A stretch of 64,000 nucleotides of DNA from Candidatus Omnitrophota bacterium (GCA_050250375.1 JBFWOS010000002.1:205547-269546); one strand, 5' to 3'; counted from the stretch's first letter, positions 45,183 through 56,600 are shown. Made by a program: numbers and translations. Notes: a model not told the origin generated them from the letters alone.

Positions 45183-47146
45183 AAAATAAAATCATCCTTC
45201 AGCACTTTTTTGCGGTTGTCCTTATCGGTATTCTGGGACTGGCGGTTTATTCAAATTCGTTTGATGCCAGTTTCCATTTTGATGATTATACCTACATCGT
45301 TAACAAAAAAGAGATCAGGGATCTGGGTGACATCCGGGCGATTTACAGGGCCCTGGGCCACCCGTCAAGATTCATTGCGTTCTGGACGTTCGCCCTCAAC
45401 TATCACATACACCGTTTTGATGTGTTCGGTTATCACCTGGTGAATTGGTTTATTCATTTTTTCAACAGCATCCTTGTTTACGGGCTGGTTCAGCTGCTTG
45501 TCCTTCTGCCAAAAATAAAAGAGGAACAACGGACTGCGGATGTTTACCCGCTGGCGTTTTTTTGCGCGTTAATGTTTCTGGTCCACCCGGCCCAGACCGA
45601 GGCGGTGACGTACATCGTGCAACGGTTTACATCTTTGGCGGTTTTGTTTTATTTAATCGCGATTATCTCCTACCTGAAAGGACGTTTGAGCCAGGGGATA
45701 AAGCGTGCTGTTTATTTCGGGGTGTTCGGTGTATCGGCTGTGCTGGGGATGTTCACTAAACAGATCTGTTTTACAATACCGTTTATGGTCTTATTCATTG
45801 AATGGCTGATGATTTCCTCCAGCTTGTCCCAGATGATCAGGAAACGCTGGAAGATGTTGATTGTCCTTACTCTGCTTGGGCTGGTGATCCCGTCGTTTTT
45901 CGGGTTTAATTCCTCCGGCATCATCGGGCGTGAATTCGCTTCGAGATCACACACGCCGGATATCATTAATACGAAGACATATTTCCTGACCCAGTCCCGT
46001 GTCATCCCGACGTACATCCGGCTTTTGTTTGTTCCGGCCGGGCAGACCCTGGATTATGATTTTCCCGTTTCAAGCCGTTTGTTCGACGCGAAGGTGATCG
46101 CCGGTTTTCTATTTTTATCCGCTCTGGCCGGTATCGCCTTCGGGTGTATTCGCCGGTACAAACTGATCACCTTCGGCATTGGCTGGTTTTTCCTGACGAT
46201 TTCAGTCACCTCAAGTATTATCCCGATCCCGCATGTTATCTTTGAACATCATATGTACCTGCCGTCGGTCGGATTTATTCTGGTTTTTAATCTTTTGGTT
46301 CTGGCCTTGATGAAAACACGCGGACGGTATTCTGCTTTGATGGGCCTGGTCATTTTCTTGTTTTCGGTGCTGACGTACCAGCGCAACGAGGTTTGGAGGA
46401 CAGATATCAACTTATGGACGGACATCGTCAAGAAAGCCCCGAACAAAGTCCGGGTCTGGAATAACCTGGGGATGGCGCATCTGGAAAATGAGGACTATGA
46501 AAAAAGCATCGAGTGTTTCAACCGGGCCCTGTCGATGAATGAAAACGCGGCCAGGGTTTATAATAACCGCGGATTAGCCTACGCCGCCCTGAAACAGGAC
46601 AAAGAGGCCTTCGCTGATTTCAATCAGGCGATCAGTCTTTACCGCCATAACCGGGAGACTAATCCGGATCTTGGGAAGAAAGTGTGGGCCGAGATTTTCA
46701 ATAACCGCGGTGATTTGTATATAAAACATAAAGATTTTCAGCCGGCCCTGGACGATTTTAAAGAAGGGTACTCGATCGACCCGCAGAATGAACGTATCCT
46801 GTATAACCTGGGGTATGTTCATGAATTTTCCAAACAATTCGATCAGGCCCGTCTTTTTTATGAACAATCGATCGCGGCCAACCCGGAGTTTATCAAACCT
46901 TATGTCGGCCTCGGGTTCGTCCATCATAATCAGGGAAACAATGACGGAGCCCTCACGTATTACAACAAAGCCCTGGTGATAGACCCTCAGAACGGGGAGG
47001 CGTATTATTTCCGGGCGATTGTTTTGTATGAAATGGGGCGCAAAAAGGAGGCCTCCTCGGATATGAGGTTGTCCGTGGACCTGGGATTCGAGGCGCAAAG
47101 TGAAGAACTGCGAGATGTCCGGAGAAAAATTTTAAATATGGATTAA
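45179..47146 (+). CDS. DUF1736/TMTC-like membrane protein with C-terminal TPR repeats (paralogue 2)
   Basis: FHFDDYTY, GYHLVNWFIHFFNS, HPAQTEAVTYIVQRFTSLAVLFYL; TPRs; 4-nt overlap with paralogue 1. Confidence 0.7.
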   Translation: MKNKIILQHFFAVVLIGILGLAVYSNSFDASFHFDDYTYIVNKKEIRDLGDIRAIYRALGHPSRFIAFWTFALNYHIHRFDVFGYHLVNWFIHFFNSILVYGLVQLLVLLPKIKEEQRTADVYPLAFFCALMFLVHPAQTEAVTYIVQRFTSLAVLFYLIAIISYLKGRLSQGIKRAVYFGVFGVSAVLGMFTKQICFTIPFMVLFIEWLMISSSLSQMIRKRWKMLIVLTLLGLVIPSFFGFNSSGIIGREFASRSHTPDIINTKTYFLTQSRVIPTYIRLLFVPAGQTLDYDFPVSSRLFDAKVIAGFLFLSALAGIAFGCIRRYKLITFGIGWFFLTISVTSSIIPIPHVIFEHHMYLPSVGFILVFNLLVLALMKTRGRYSALMGLVIFLFSVLTYQRNEVWRTDINLWTDIVKKAPNKVRVWNNLGMAHLENEDYEKSIECFNRALSMNENAARVYNNRGLAYAALKQDKEAFADFNQAISLYRHNRETNPDLGKKVWAEIFNNRGDLYIKHKDFQPALDDFKEGYSIDPQNERILYNLGYVHEFSKQFDQARLFYEQSIAANPEFIKPYVGLGFVHHNQGNNDGALTYYNKALVIDPQNGEAYYFRAIVLYEMGRKKEASSDMRLSVDLGFEAQSEELRDVRRKILNMD

Positions 47147-47423
47147 ATGCCCCGTTTGGTTATAATAGAGGCTATTGGAAAAATGCGCATGCCCAAACCT
47201 TCGTTATTAAGTTGTCTAACCTTGCCTGAAACGTCAGAGTTATATATTCTGAATGACCCATCAATGGCTGTTTTTCACAGGAAAATATTAACCGGAAAAT
47301 CTTTTAAGTTCCGGTTTCATTATTTTGGGGGAGGTTCATGAACCCTGACATTAAAGAAATGACCTTGTTTGTAGTTATGGATTGTACGGGCCGTCTATTT
47401 CACTTTCACAGGAGGGGGAGATT

Positions 47424-48209
47424 ATGACAAAAACAGCGACTAAACGCATTTTGATTGTCGATGACGAAGAAGACCTTGTCGACATGGCCAAACGGAAACT
47501 GGAACGCAGCGGTTATGAGGTGGAGGTGGCCTACAACGGAAAACAGGGGATCGACAAGGTCAAGGCCGATGCGTTTGATCTGATCGTGACGGATGTGGTG
47601 ATGCCGGTTATGGACGGGTTTACGTTTTATAAACTACTTAAGGACGATACGAAGACGTCCAACATCCCCGTGATCATCCTGACCGCCCGCTCCAATATGG
47701 AAGGGTCATTCAGGGCTCTGGGGGTCGACGAGTTTTTATCCAAACCCTTTGACGGGGGGAAATTGCTGGACAAGATTGAAAGTTTTATCCGTGAACCGGA
47801 AACGGTGAAAAAACATGTCCGGGTTTTTCTGACCGGAGAAAAAGCGAACATCATGCGCGAGATGGAGCAGATCCTGAAGGATTTCGGATGCAAGACGGCG
47901 GTCATTGACGATCCGTTCATCCTGATTAAACGCTGTTATGAAGAACAGCCGGACATTGTTCTTTTGGATATCCTGCTCGACGGCCTGCGGGCGCAGGAGA
48001 TTATCAAGGCCCTCCGTTCTTTCGGCCGTCTGCAAAACCTCAAGATCATCACGTTCACGCAGTTTAGTCCGGAAGAACTTTCCGATGTCAAGACGATCGA
48101 ACAACTGAAGGAAGCTAAGAATGATTGTATGATTGCCGGCGCCACCAAATACATCGGCCGGTATACGATGGTTTCCTTTATGGACAGCCTGCGGGAATAC
48201 CTGATTTAA
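47424..48209 (+). CDS. response regulator with receiver domain plus a second, degenerate receiver-like domain
   Basis: KRILIVDDEEDLVDM...LIVTDVVMPVMDGFTF...ILTA...KPF; second half VRVFLTGEKANIMREMEQILKDFGCKTAVIDD...IVLLDILLDG is REC-like without clear acceptor context. Confidence 0.7.
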   Translation: MTKTATKRILIVDDEEDLVDMAKRKLERSGYEVEVAYNGKQGIDKVKADAFDLIVTDVVMPVMDGFTFYKLLKDDTKTSNIPVIILTARSNMEGSFRALGVDEFLSKPFDGGKLLDKIESFIREPETVKKHVRVFLTGEKANIMREMEQILKDFGCKTAVIDDPFILIKRCYEEQPDIVLLDILLDGLRAQEIIKALRSFGRLQNLKIITFTQFSPEELSDVKTIEQLKEAKNDCMIAGATKYIGRYTMVSFMDSLREYLI

Positions 48210-48260
48210 AATAATTATAGTTGAAGCATAAAAGTCGACAGCAGGATTGGGAGCGATTTA

Positions 48261-49103
48261 ATGCCAAATATTAAAAAACCAAAAGATCCCTTATTGGCGT
48301 TGATGCTGACGTTTATATTGTCCGGTCTTGGACAAGTTTATGCCGGCCGAGTCAAACGGGGGGGGATATTCCTTTTGATTCAAATTGCCGGAATAATTGG
48401 GTTGTGGGGGTATGTCTTACAGCCGCAAACCAGGACAACGGCCCTTCTCGTGTGTATATACCTGGCATTTCTTGTTTTTGTTCTTTATATCATGGCGGAT
48501 GCTTATGCAGGAGCGGTTCGGTATAACCGGGTTAACAACCTTCCGTTTAAAAAATCCTTCTTAAAGAAACTTATTATGATCGTGGGGATAGTTTTCTTTA
48601 TGTTTTTTCCCGTTATCCGCGGGCCTATTAAATATTTCATCCAGACAAACTTTGTTCACGCTTTTACGATAACATCGGAGCCGATGAGCCCTGTCTTAGT
48701 TCCTGGAGACAAAGTTTTAGCCGACACGAAAATATATAAGACAGTACCCCCTGAGCGGGGGGATATTGTGGTCTTCCAGTTCCCACAGTCACCGGAAAAG
48801 AAATCCGTTCTTCGTTTGATCGCCTTGGGGGGAGACAAGGTGGAGATTAGAGACGCGAAAATTTATGTGAATGACCGGTTGATGGAGTACGCCCGGACTG
48901 AGCAGATCCGCTCATTGAATAAGGGGGATTACGGATCGATGGAGAATCCGGTTCAGGTTCCGGAGGGAGAATATTTTCTGCTCGGCGATAACAGTGAGAA
49001 GAGCCATGACAGCCGGATCTGGGGATTTCTTCCCGGAAAATATCTTTATGGAAAGGTGTATAAAATATATTGGCCGCCCTTACGGTCGGGAAAAATAGAG
49101 TAA
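48261..49103 (+). CDS. lepB: signal peptidase I (S26 family) with extended N-terminal membrane region
   Basis: SEPMSPVL (catalytic Ser box), GDNSEKSHDSRIWGFLPGKYLYGKV (box E). Confidence 0.8.
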   Translation: MPNIKKPKDPLLALMLTFILSGLGQVYAGRVKRGGIFLLIQIAGIIGLWGYVLQPQTRTTALLVCIYLAFLVFVLYIMADAYAGAVRYNRVNNLPFKKSFLKKLIMIVGIVFFMFFPVIRGPIKYFIQTNFVHAFTITSEPMSPVLVPGDKVLADTKIYKTVPPERGDIVVFQFPQSPEKKSVLRLIALGGDKVEIRDAKIYVNDRLMEYARTEQIRSLNKGDYGSMENPVQVPEGEYFLLGDNSEKSHDSRIWGFLPGKYLYGKVYKIYWPPLRSGKIE

Positions 49104-49122
49104 TAATGACGAAAGGTTTCGT

Positions 49123-49668
49123 ATGAGGTTCAAATGGATTTTTGTCATCTTCATTATGTATTGTTTGGTAAATCCCCGGGCCTATGCCCTGGCCGAGACC
49201 GTTCGGTTGAAGTCCGGGAAGGACTATCAAGGTGAAATCATCGGTCATAATGAAAGTGAGATTGAATTATGGACGGAAGAAGGTTCGGTGCATATACCAT
49301 ACCGGATGATTGATTCAATTGAACGGGCCGCGGATGAATCCGCAGAGCTTTATCCCATGCTGGATGATATCAAAGAAAAATTGGCGAAAATTGCCGAGAA
49401 CGATGAAAAACGAAAATATGTGTACGCAAATTCAAATGACAATGAAAGAGTCGAACTTTATATGACCAGCTGGTGCCCGTATTGCAAAAAAATGGAGTAT
49501 TTTTTACAGAAAAATAAAATTGATTACGTCAGGTACAATATTGAATACGACCAGGCGGCCAATGCCCGGTATAAAAAAATGGGTGGGGACGGAGTCCCTC
49601 TGTTGAAAGTCGGACGTCAAATCATTCGCGGGTATAATCCTTCGGCTGTGACCCGGGCCTTGAGATAA
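49123..49668 (+). CDS. secreted protein with C-terminal glutaredoxin-like domain
   Basis: Signal peptide; VELYMTSWCPYCKKMEYFL...GVPLLKVGRQIIRGY (CPYC motif). Confidence 0.7.
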   Translation: MRFKWIFVIFIMYCLVNPRAYALAETVRLKSGKDYQGEIIGHNESEIELWTEEGSVHIPYRMIDSIERAADESAELYPMLDDIKEKLAKIAENDEKRKYVYANSNDNERVELYMTSWCPYCKKMEYFLQKNKIDYVRYNIEYDQAANARYKKMGGDGVPLLKVGRQIIRGYNPSAVTRALR

Positions 49669-49688
49669 AAGAATAATCCTAAACAAGA

Positions 49689-50387
49689 TTGAGCATGCAA
49701 GAGTTAATCATTGGAGTGATGTGGTATTTTGTTTTTCTGTTCTCGCTGGTTTTTCACGAGGCAGCGCACGCGTTTGCCGCGCTGAAGCTCGGAGATGAGA
49801 CCGCTTACGACGGAGGGCAGGTCACCCTTGACCCGGTCCCGCATATCCGGCGCGAACCGCTGGGGATGGTGGTCGTGCCCCTGATATCTTATTTGATCGG
49901 CGGGTGGATGTTCGGCTGGGCCAGCGCGCCTTATAATATCCAGTGGGCCATGAATTATCCCAAACGGTCGGCGTTGATGTCGCTGGCCGGACCGGTCGCG
50001 AATCTGGTTTTGGTGATCGCGGCGATGATCCTGATCAGAGTCGGCATCGTTCTGGGGTATTTTTCGGTTCCATGGCAGTTTGACTTTACGCAAGTTGTTC
50101 TTGCGGATCAGGCGGGATTTCCCGCCTCGTTTGCCATTCTTTTAAGCATTATGTTCTCGTTGAATGTGCTGCTTTTCGTTTTTAATCTGATCCCCGTTCC
50201 CCCGCTGGACGGTTCCGGGGTCGTTCCCTTATTCATGAAAGAAGAGACGGCCCAGGCCTACATGGGGTTTATTCATCAACCCATTTTTATGATTCTGGGG
50301 ATTTTTCTGGCCTGGGAACTGATTGGGCATCTGTTCTATCCTGTTTTTTATTTCTTCCTGAACATCCTGTATCTGGGTATTTCATAG
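49689..50387 (+). CDS. site-2-protease-family (M50-like) membrane metalloprotease
   Basis: FHEAAHAF (HExxH) in a TM helix, downstream ...PLDG-like motif, polytopic. Confidence 0.7.
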   Translation: MSMQELIIGVMWYFVFLFSLVFHEAAHAFAALKLGDETAYDGGQVTLDPVPHIRREPLGMVVVPLISYLIGGWMFGWASAPYNIQWAMNYPKRSALMSLAGPVANLVLVIAAMILIRVGIVLGYFSVPWQFDFTQVVLADQAGFPASFAILLSIMFSLNVLLFVFNLIPVPPLDGSGVVPLFMKEETAQAYMGFIHQPIFMILGIFLAWELIGHLFYPVFYFFLNILYLGIS

Positions 50388-50506
50388 GCCTGTCTTTCCC
50401 CTTATAATGTCCGGGTGTGTCAGAGAATGTCATATTGACAATGCCCGGGTTTCCTTTAGAATATATCTGTAAATAGTATATATACTTAGAATCTTTATTA
50501 ATAAGA

Positions 50507-51925
50507 GTGCCGGATATGATGCCTTCAAATATATACAACTTCTGCCGCAAATATTTCCAAATGTTTGGCAGCCTTTTTTTGTCCCTTTTTTTACTTCTGG
50601 TCATGTGTACGCACGTTTTTGCCGCCATAAACTTACGCGTTTCTCCGGTTGACGGGGGGAACAGCCTGCGTTTCGGGCGGGTTGATTTGCCGTCCACCAC
50701 CAATAAAGAAGTGCGTATCCGAGTCACGTCATCCGAAGAAACCCAGTATCAGGTCTTTCAAAGAATCCTTGAACCGTTTCACAATGAACGCGGCGAGACC
50801 CTGGATTTTGATGCCATTGTCGTGTCGTCTTTATCCGGATCGAACAGTTCCGGGACCATTGAACTGCAGAACGTGGAACAGCTGAGTTACGCCGAACAGC
50901 TGGTATACACGTCGAGCAACAACGGGATCAGTGATTCCTTTGTCCTGGTCTACCAGGCCAATCCCGACAAAATCAATACCGCCGGTGATTTTTCCGGCCA
51001 GATCATTTATACGGTCCGCCCGATCGGCGGCGGCGGATCGCAGGAGGAAGTCATCTTAAACGCCTTTCTTGAGATCTCCTCCGAACTGACCGTTCAGACG
51101 GAAACCTCAACCGGGGCAGACCTGATCAGGCTGCATTCGACGGGACAAACCACCAAAGAAGATTATTTCAAACTGAAATTTGAGGGAAACCGCGGGAAAA
51201 AACTGAGCGTCTACCAAGAGGTTGTGGAATTTCCGGCCAATGAAATCAATCAAACGCTGGATACGGACACGCTGGAGTTGTCATCGGTCGGCGGGGATAA
51301 CGGTCAGTTGTATTTAACGGAAAGTTTACCACTCAGCCGTCAGCGGACGCTGGTCTATTCATCCGAGGCTGCCGACGATGAGATCTGGGTCAATTACCGT
51401 TTGAACGAAAGAAAGAAAGCGCCCCAGGGCGCGGGCCGTTTTACCGGAAGGGTCAGTTACACCGTCGAATCGGACGTTTACACGCAGACGTTCCCGGTTG
51501 ATCTTGAAGTTGAAATCGAACCGGTGTTTGAACTATTCGCGGAATACCCGGCCGGCGGGATGAGTTTTAAAGGGTTATTGCCGAATTCGGAACCGCAGTA
51601 CAAAGAAGTGGTCGTCACGGTTAATTCCAATACCGGAAAACCGTACTGGGTCAGCCAGAATATCACGGCCACGTTGATGAATGAAAAGGGCGAAAAGATT
51701 GATGATGATTATTTTACGGTCAAGCAGGAGATTATGGGGGACGGTACCGGAAAAGTAGAGAACGCGGATTTTTCTTCTCTGACGGAAGGCGAAACGGCCC
51801 TGTATTATTCGGACCGTTACGGCTCGCCGGTCAAGTTCAAGGTTGTTTACCGGCTGAGGCCGTACAAAGGGATGCAGGCGGGGGATTATAAGACAGCGGT
51901 GGTTTACTCCTTGGGAGAAATTTGA
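50507..51925 (+). CDS. secreted hypothetical protein (472 aa), internally repeated beta-rich domains
   Basis: Signal peptide FLSLFLLLVMCTHVFA; two ~200-aa repeats with similar sequence pattern; no known domain. Confidence 0.5.
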   Translation: MPDMMPSNIYNFCRKYFQMFGSLFLSLFLLLVMCTHVFAAINLRVSPVDGGNSLRFGRVDLPSTTNKEVRIRVTSSEETQYQVFQRILEPFHNERGETLDFDAIVVSSLSGSNSSGTIELQNVEQLSYAEQLVYTSSNNGISDSFVLVYQANPDKINTAGDFSGQIIYTVRPIGGGGSQEEVILNAFLEISSELTVQTETSTGADLIRLHSTGQTTKEDYFKLKFEGNRGKKLSVYQEVVEFPANEINQTLDTDTLELSSVGGDNGQLYLTESLPLSRQRTLVYSSEAADDEIWVNYRLNERKKAPQGAGRFTGRVSYTVESDVYTQTFPVDLEVEIEPVFELFAEYPAGGMSFKGLLPNSEPQYKEVVVTVNSNTGKPYWVSQNITATLMNEKGEKIDDDYFTVKQEIMGDGTGKVENADFSSLTEGETALYYSDRYGSPVKFKVVYRLRPYKGMQAGDYKTAVVYSLGEI

Positions 51926-52044
51926 CCAACAGAACAAAAATAAAAGGAGGTGCCAAGAATAACAAATCGTTCTTAATCCATTTTTCTTGCTGAGCATCAC
52001 GCGAGTTCGACCATTATTAAACTATAAAAAAAGAGAGGGATACC

Positions 52045-52671
52045 ATGAAAAAATTATTCTTATTCCTGATTGCGCTATTCGCCGGTTTAAGTTTGATCGC
52101 TGCGCCGGCTTATGCGCAGGTTAATTTCTTTATTGATGCCGAGATCCCGGCATCCGACGGTGCGACATTTGCCGTCAGCCAGGTGGATCCAGGCCCGCCG
52201 GAAGTATTCACTCCCATGGCACCGGGATTTACCGCGCTTGATTTCGGGTTATTAACCCTCGACACCGTCAACGGCATTTTTGTTCCTAATTATTTTTGGG
52301 TCGTCGACGTCGGAGCCAACGGAGCCGGTTTCCCGGATGTGGATTTCGCGTATACTGATACGGTCAATCCAAACGGGGCCTTGAATAACGGCGATGGATT
52401 AGGCGGACGCGGTACGATCGCCTATTCTGAAGTGGTGACAAATCCTGATTTATCCCAAACGGTCAATTTGATCCGGGGTGAATCGCTCGCCGAATCCAAC
52501 ACCTCAGGCGGGATTGATGAACTTGACTATGCCGATGGATTCTTGCGTTTCTCTATTGGTATCGCGACTGGCGATCCATTATTGCAGGAAGGGACCGCCG
52601 TCCCGTTTACGGCAGCTGATGCGGCCGGAACTTACAGCGGCACATTAACCGTCACAGCAACGTTTGATTAA
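52045..52671 (+). CDS. secreted hypothetical protein (208 aa), Gly/Asp/Thr-rich
   Basis: Signal peptide ...AAPAYAQ; pilin/adhesin-like composition. Confidence 0.5.
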   Translation: MKKLFLFLIALFAGLSLIAAPAYAQVNFFIDAEIPASDGATFAVSQVDPGPPEVFTPMAPGFTALDFGLLTLDTVNGIFVPNYFWVVDVGANGAGFPDVDFAYTDTVNPNGALNNGDGLGGRGTIAYSEVVTNPDLSQTVNLIRGESLAESNTSGGIDELDYADGFLRFSIGIATGDPLLQEGTAVPFTAADAAGTYSGTLTVTATFD

Positions 52672-52723
52672 TCTTTAAGAAAGGCCGGGGGACAATCCGC
52701 GGATTGTCCCCCGTTATTCTTGT

Positions 52724-53521
52724 ATGTTAAAAAAAATTATAATTTTAATTTTGATGATTCTAGCGAGCAGGGATGTCTCCGCCCAGCTGCTGATGGAAAA
52801 AAGCCGCATTCACCTGACGGTCACTCCCGGGGAAACGGTCGTTGATTCCATGACCATCCATAATACGGGCAGTGTGGCAGCCGACGTTAAAGTTTACTGG
52901 CAGGATTTTGTCTATATTGATCCCTTTGACGGGAAAAAGAATTTCTCCCAGCCAGGAACCTCCGAATATTCGATGGCCGAATGGATTTCGTATTCACCTC
53001 AGCTGTTAACAGTGCCGCCCCAGGGGAAACGCGACATCAATTTTACCATCAAGGTTCCCGAGAATGCCAAGGGCGGATATTACGGCGTTCTTTTTTTTGA
53101 ACAGGGACTGGGGACAGGGACAACGACGACGGGGGTGAATATCATTACCCGCCTGGGTTCGTTATTTTTTGTGGAAACGATCAACCGCGACAAGACATCC
53201 AAAATAGATAATATCCGGTTTGAGGAAAAATTTTTAAAAGGCAGTTTTAGTAATGAAGGCGACATCTTTCTTTTTCCGAAAGGCATCTATTATTTGATCA
53301 ACCAGGACGGGGTCGCGGCTGAGCGGGGAGAGCTGGATAAAATTTATTTGACGCCGGGGAATACGGTCGATTTTAAGATCTATATCAGTGATGAAGTCCC
53401 GGCAGGGGATTATACGGCTGTCATCACCCTTGATCTGGGTGACGGTGACAGCCTGATCAAAGAAGTGGATTTCAGCAAGACGGGAACAGGTTCGTTTAAA
53501 ATTAATGAAATCAGAGATTAA
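52724..53521 (+). CDS. secreted hypothetical protein (265 aa), two Ig-like beta domains (chaperone-like?)
   Basis: Signal peptide; LTVTPGETVVDSMTIHNTGSVAADVKVYWQDF pattern in each half. Confidence 0.45.
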   Translation: MLKKIIILILMILASRDVSAQLLMEKSRIHLTVTPGETVVDSMTIHNTGSVAADVKVYWQDFVYIDPFDGKKNFSQPGTSEYSMAEWISYSPQLLTVPPQGKRDINFTIKVPENAKGGYYGVLFFEQGLGTGTTTTGVNIITRLGSLFFVETINRDKTSKIDNIRFEEKFLKGSFSNEGDIFLFPKGIYYLINQDGVAAERGELDKIYLTPGNTVDFKIYISDEVPAGDYTAVITLDLGDGDSLIKEVDFSKTGTGSFKINEIRD

Positions 53522-53657
53522 AAAGGAAATTGCGCAACGAGGTATTGATCACACATCCTTATAAAAAAACTTGAAACACAAGTTCTGTTAAGAAGTAACC
53601 TTAGGAACGTCCGGCCAGTGCGATTGAGGAAATGGATTTTGATCAAAGAGTCTGCGA

Positions 53658-56600
53658 TTGAGTGTCATGAAACGGCGAAACAAATCTGTCATTTGGTTTT
53701 TAATTTTTAATTTATTCAGCGCGCCATGTGCGTACGGCGTTGTTGATCCTTCTTATCAGAATTTTATGGCCGAGGCCAGGGCCGCGTTCGATAACAATGA
53801 TTATGTAAAAGCCTTATTTTATATCCAGTCCGCCCAGCAGGCCGACCGGTCCAGCCTTGAACCGTTTGAACTATCCGAACAAATCCCGCCGTTAACCAGA
53901 CATTATAAATCATTAAATTTTTTCTTTAACCTGGCGACGAAATATTATTACAAAGGGGATTACCAGTCCGCCCGTTTTTATTATGAAAAGGCCTACGCCG
54001 TCGACCCTTCAGTCCCCGGCCTGCAGGAAATGGCCGACCACGCGGACAGGGTTATCCTGGGGATGGAGCCGCCGCTGTTCACGCCCCGGGAACCCGTTTT
54101 TCAGGATATTGAAACAGATCCGGTTGTCGCCGGCCGTTTATCTCAGGAAGAAACCAAACAGGGACGGCGTTATGCTGTTCCGCACAACCAGGAAGTCGAA
54201 GATATCATTGCCAAGTATCAGGGACAGTCTCCTGAACATAAGAAATCAGTCCAGGCGGTCAGGACGCCGGATCAGGAAGACAAGATCCATGTCCTGAGCA
54301 CGACGGACCAGACACCCCAGCAATACCGCAAAACATTTATCCCGGTTGCTGCCGGCCGCAAGATGCCGGTGACCCAGATCCCCCGGGCGATGGAAAAGGA
54401 CACCGTCGCGAAGGAAACAGAATATTCCGCATATCAGCGCAAGAAAGCCGTCATCCTGTCCAAGCAGGAGGAACGGCTGGCCTCGACAAATAAAGAGACC
54501 ATCGCGGCGCAGGAAATGATCGAGCTGGATGCGGAGTTGTGGAGCCAGCAGCCCGGCACGGTCCTGGAGATCGAGTTCGGCAAGTCAGTCATTCTGCACG
54601 GGCGCCAGGTCCAGCAGTTCCTGGTGTTTGACCCGGACATGCTTATCGCCCAGCGGATGGACAATGACAGTGTCTTAATCACCGTTCAGCAGCGGGGATC
54701 GACTTTGTTTCATCTCTGGGACGGCCAGGGCCGGTGGACTTTTAACGTCAAAGGGGTGCTTCCGGAAATACAATTAACCAAGGCCCAAATGAACGAAGAC
54801 CATCTGGAGAAACACGTCCGGCCGTTTCGGGTCAGTTATGCGAATAACTGGAACAGTTTTTATCTGGGGCAAAGTATTCCGGAGCTGGAGCGGCGCAATC
54901 TGAGTTTTACCCAATGGGTCGGCGTATACGGGGAGACGCCGCACGGGTTCCTGGATGCATCCGGGAATTTTTTCAAGTTTGACGAATCAACCGAAAATAC
55001 CGGACGCACCGTGGGTTTGAGCAACGCCAATCTCGGTCCGTTCGAGGATTTTTCCATCCGCGGCTGGGACGCTTCCAAACGGTTTTCAAATTTATCGCTT
55101 CCGGGGCGGTCCTTCCGGGGGATATTATTCGACTCATACACGCTGGACCGCAATGTTCAATTCACTTATCTGAAAGGACAGGACCGGGCCAACTTCCGGC
55201 AGATCTCCGAGGGCACGGTCGAGGTCAGGAAGTCCTACATTGAAGGCGGGAGGATCACACTTTTTCCCGACCAGGAAAATAAATATTCGATCAATTACGC
55301 CCGCGGCCATGGGGAAGAACGGCCGAAGACGTTAAAAGACAAAGTGTTTTCCGTTGAGGCGGTCAATAAATTCGGCGCGGTGGACACGCACTTTGAAGTC
55401 GCCTGGGATGAACAGGATTTCGGCGAACTGCTTTTGACCAAATACGAACAGGACGACCTGGTCTTCAGGGTCAATGTCCGTGACCTGAACCCGGGATTTA
55501 AGACCATCACCTCACGTCCTTCAGGGGCGGGAGAGGTCGGCGGGAATATCGTGTTTGAATATTCTCCCGAGGAATACTCGCTGTCATCCAATCTGGATAT
55601 TTACCGGGACCGGGACCTGGCCAATCCGGAAAAACCGAACAGTGTCAATTATGATTTCGGGACGGTTTTCGGCATGCCGCTGACCGACACTTTGAGCTGG
55701 AACAATTCCTTCTTTTATTCGAATACACCGCAGATCGTTTCGCCGCATGAATCGTTAAGGTTCAATACGACGTTGACGAAATCGTTTGAGATCTTTAATC
55801 AAAAAACAATCACGGCATTTTTGGGCGGCAGTATTCAGCGCAGCCGTTATGACCGGTCTTCGTCCGCCGAATATGATCGGATGGGGTTAAGCCTTGGGGT
55901 CAGGTTCCCTATCGTAAAAAATTTAAATTTCTTCTCGAGTTATGATTATTCCTGGGTGGATGTCCTTGAGTCGGGTGAAATGAGCCAGCCGAATGTCATG
56001 AACACCGGATTGAGTTATTATCAAAGTTTCGGCAGCAAGTTGTCCGGCCGGTTGAGTACGACCTACCGGAATGAAGAAGACACGGACGCGGACTTCAGCT
56101 TTTTGTCCGGGACGGACACCCTGCGGCATAACATCGGATTCAGTTACCGCCCGTCTCCCGAAGTGGAGATCTTTATGGACGGCAGTATCCGCAATGTCTG
56201 GCGGGAAAATCCGGAGCGCGAGGCTTATAATGACGCGGATATCAGAGTCGGCATGCGCACCAGCTGGGAAACGATTTTCCGCTGGGACCCGACGGCCACG
56301 ATCACCGGGACGGTGTACAAGGATTTAAACCGGAATTCCAAACAGGACGCGGATGAACCCGGCCTTGAGGGGATTGAAATACAGCTCGGGCGAAAGACCG
56401 TCAAGACCAATTACCGGGGGCGTTACTCCAGCAAAGTCCGGGCGCAGGAGGTCAAGGTCGGGGTCAATTTCGACAGCGTGCCGAAAGGGTATTCGTTATT
56501 ATCTTACCTGATGAAAGACATTCACATTGAGAACGGACGGACCTACACCATCGACTTCGGATTCATCACCCGCTCGGGGATCTTCGGCGTGTTCTTTGTG

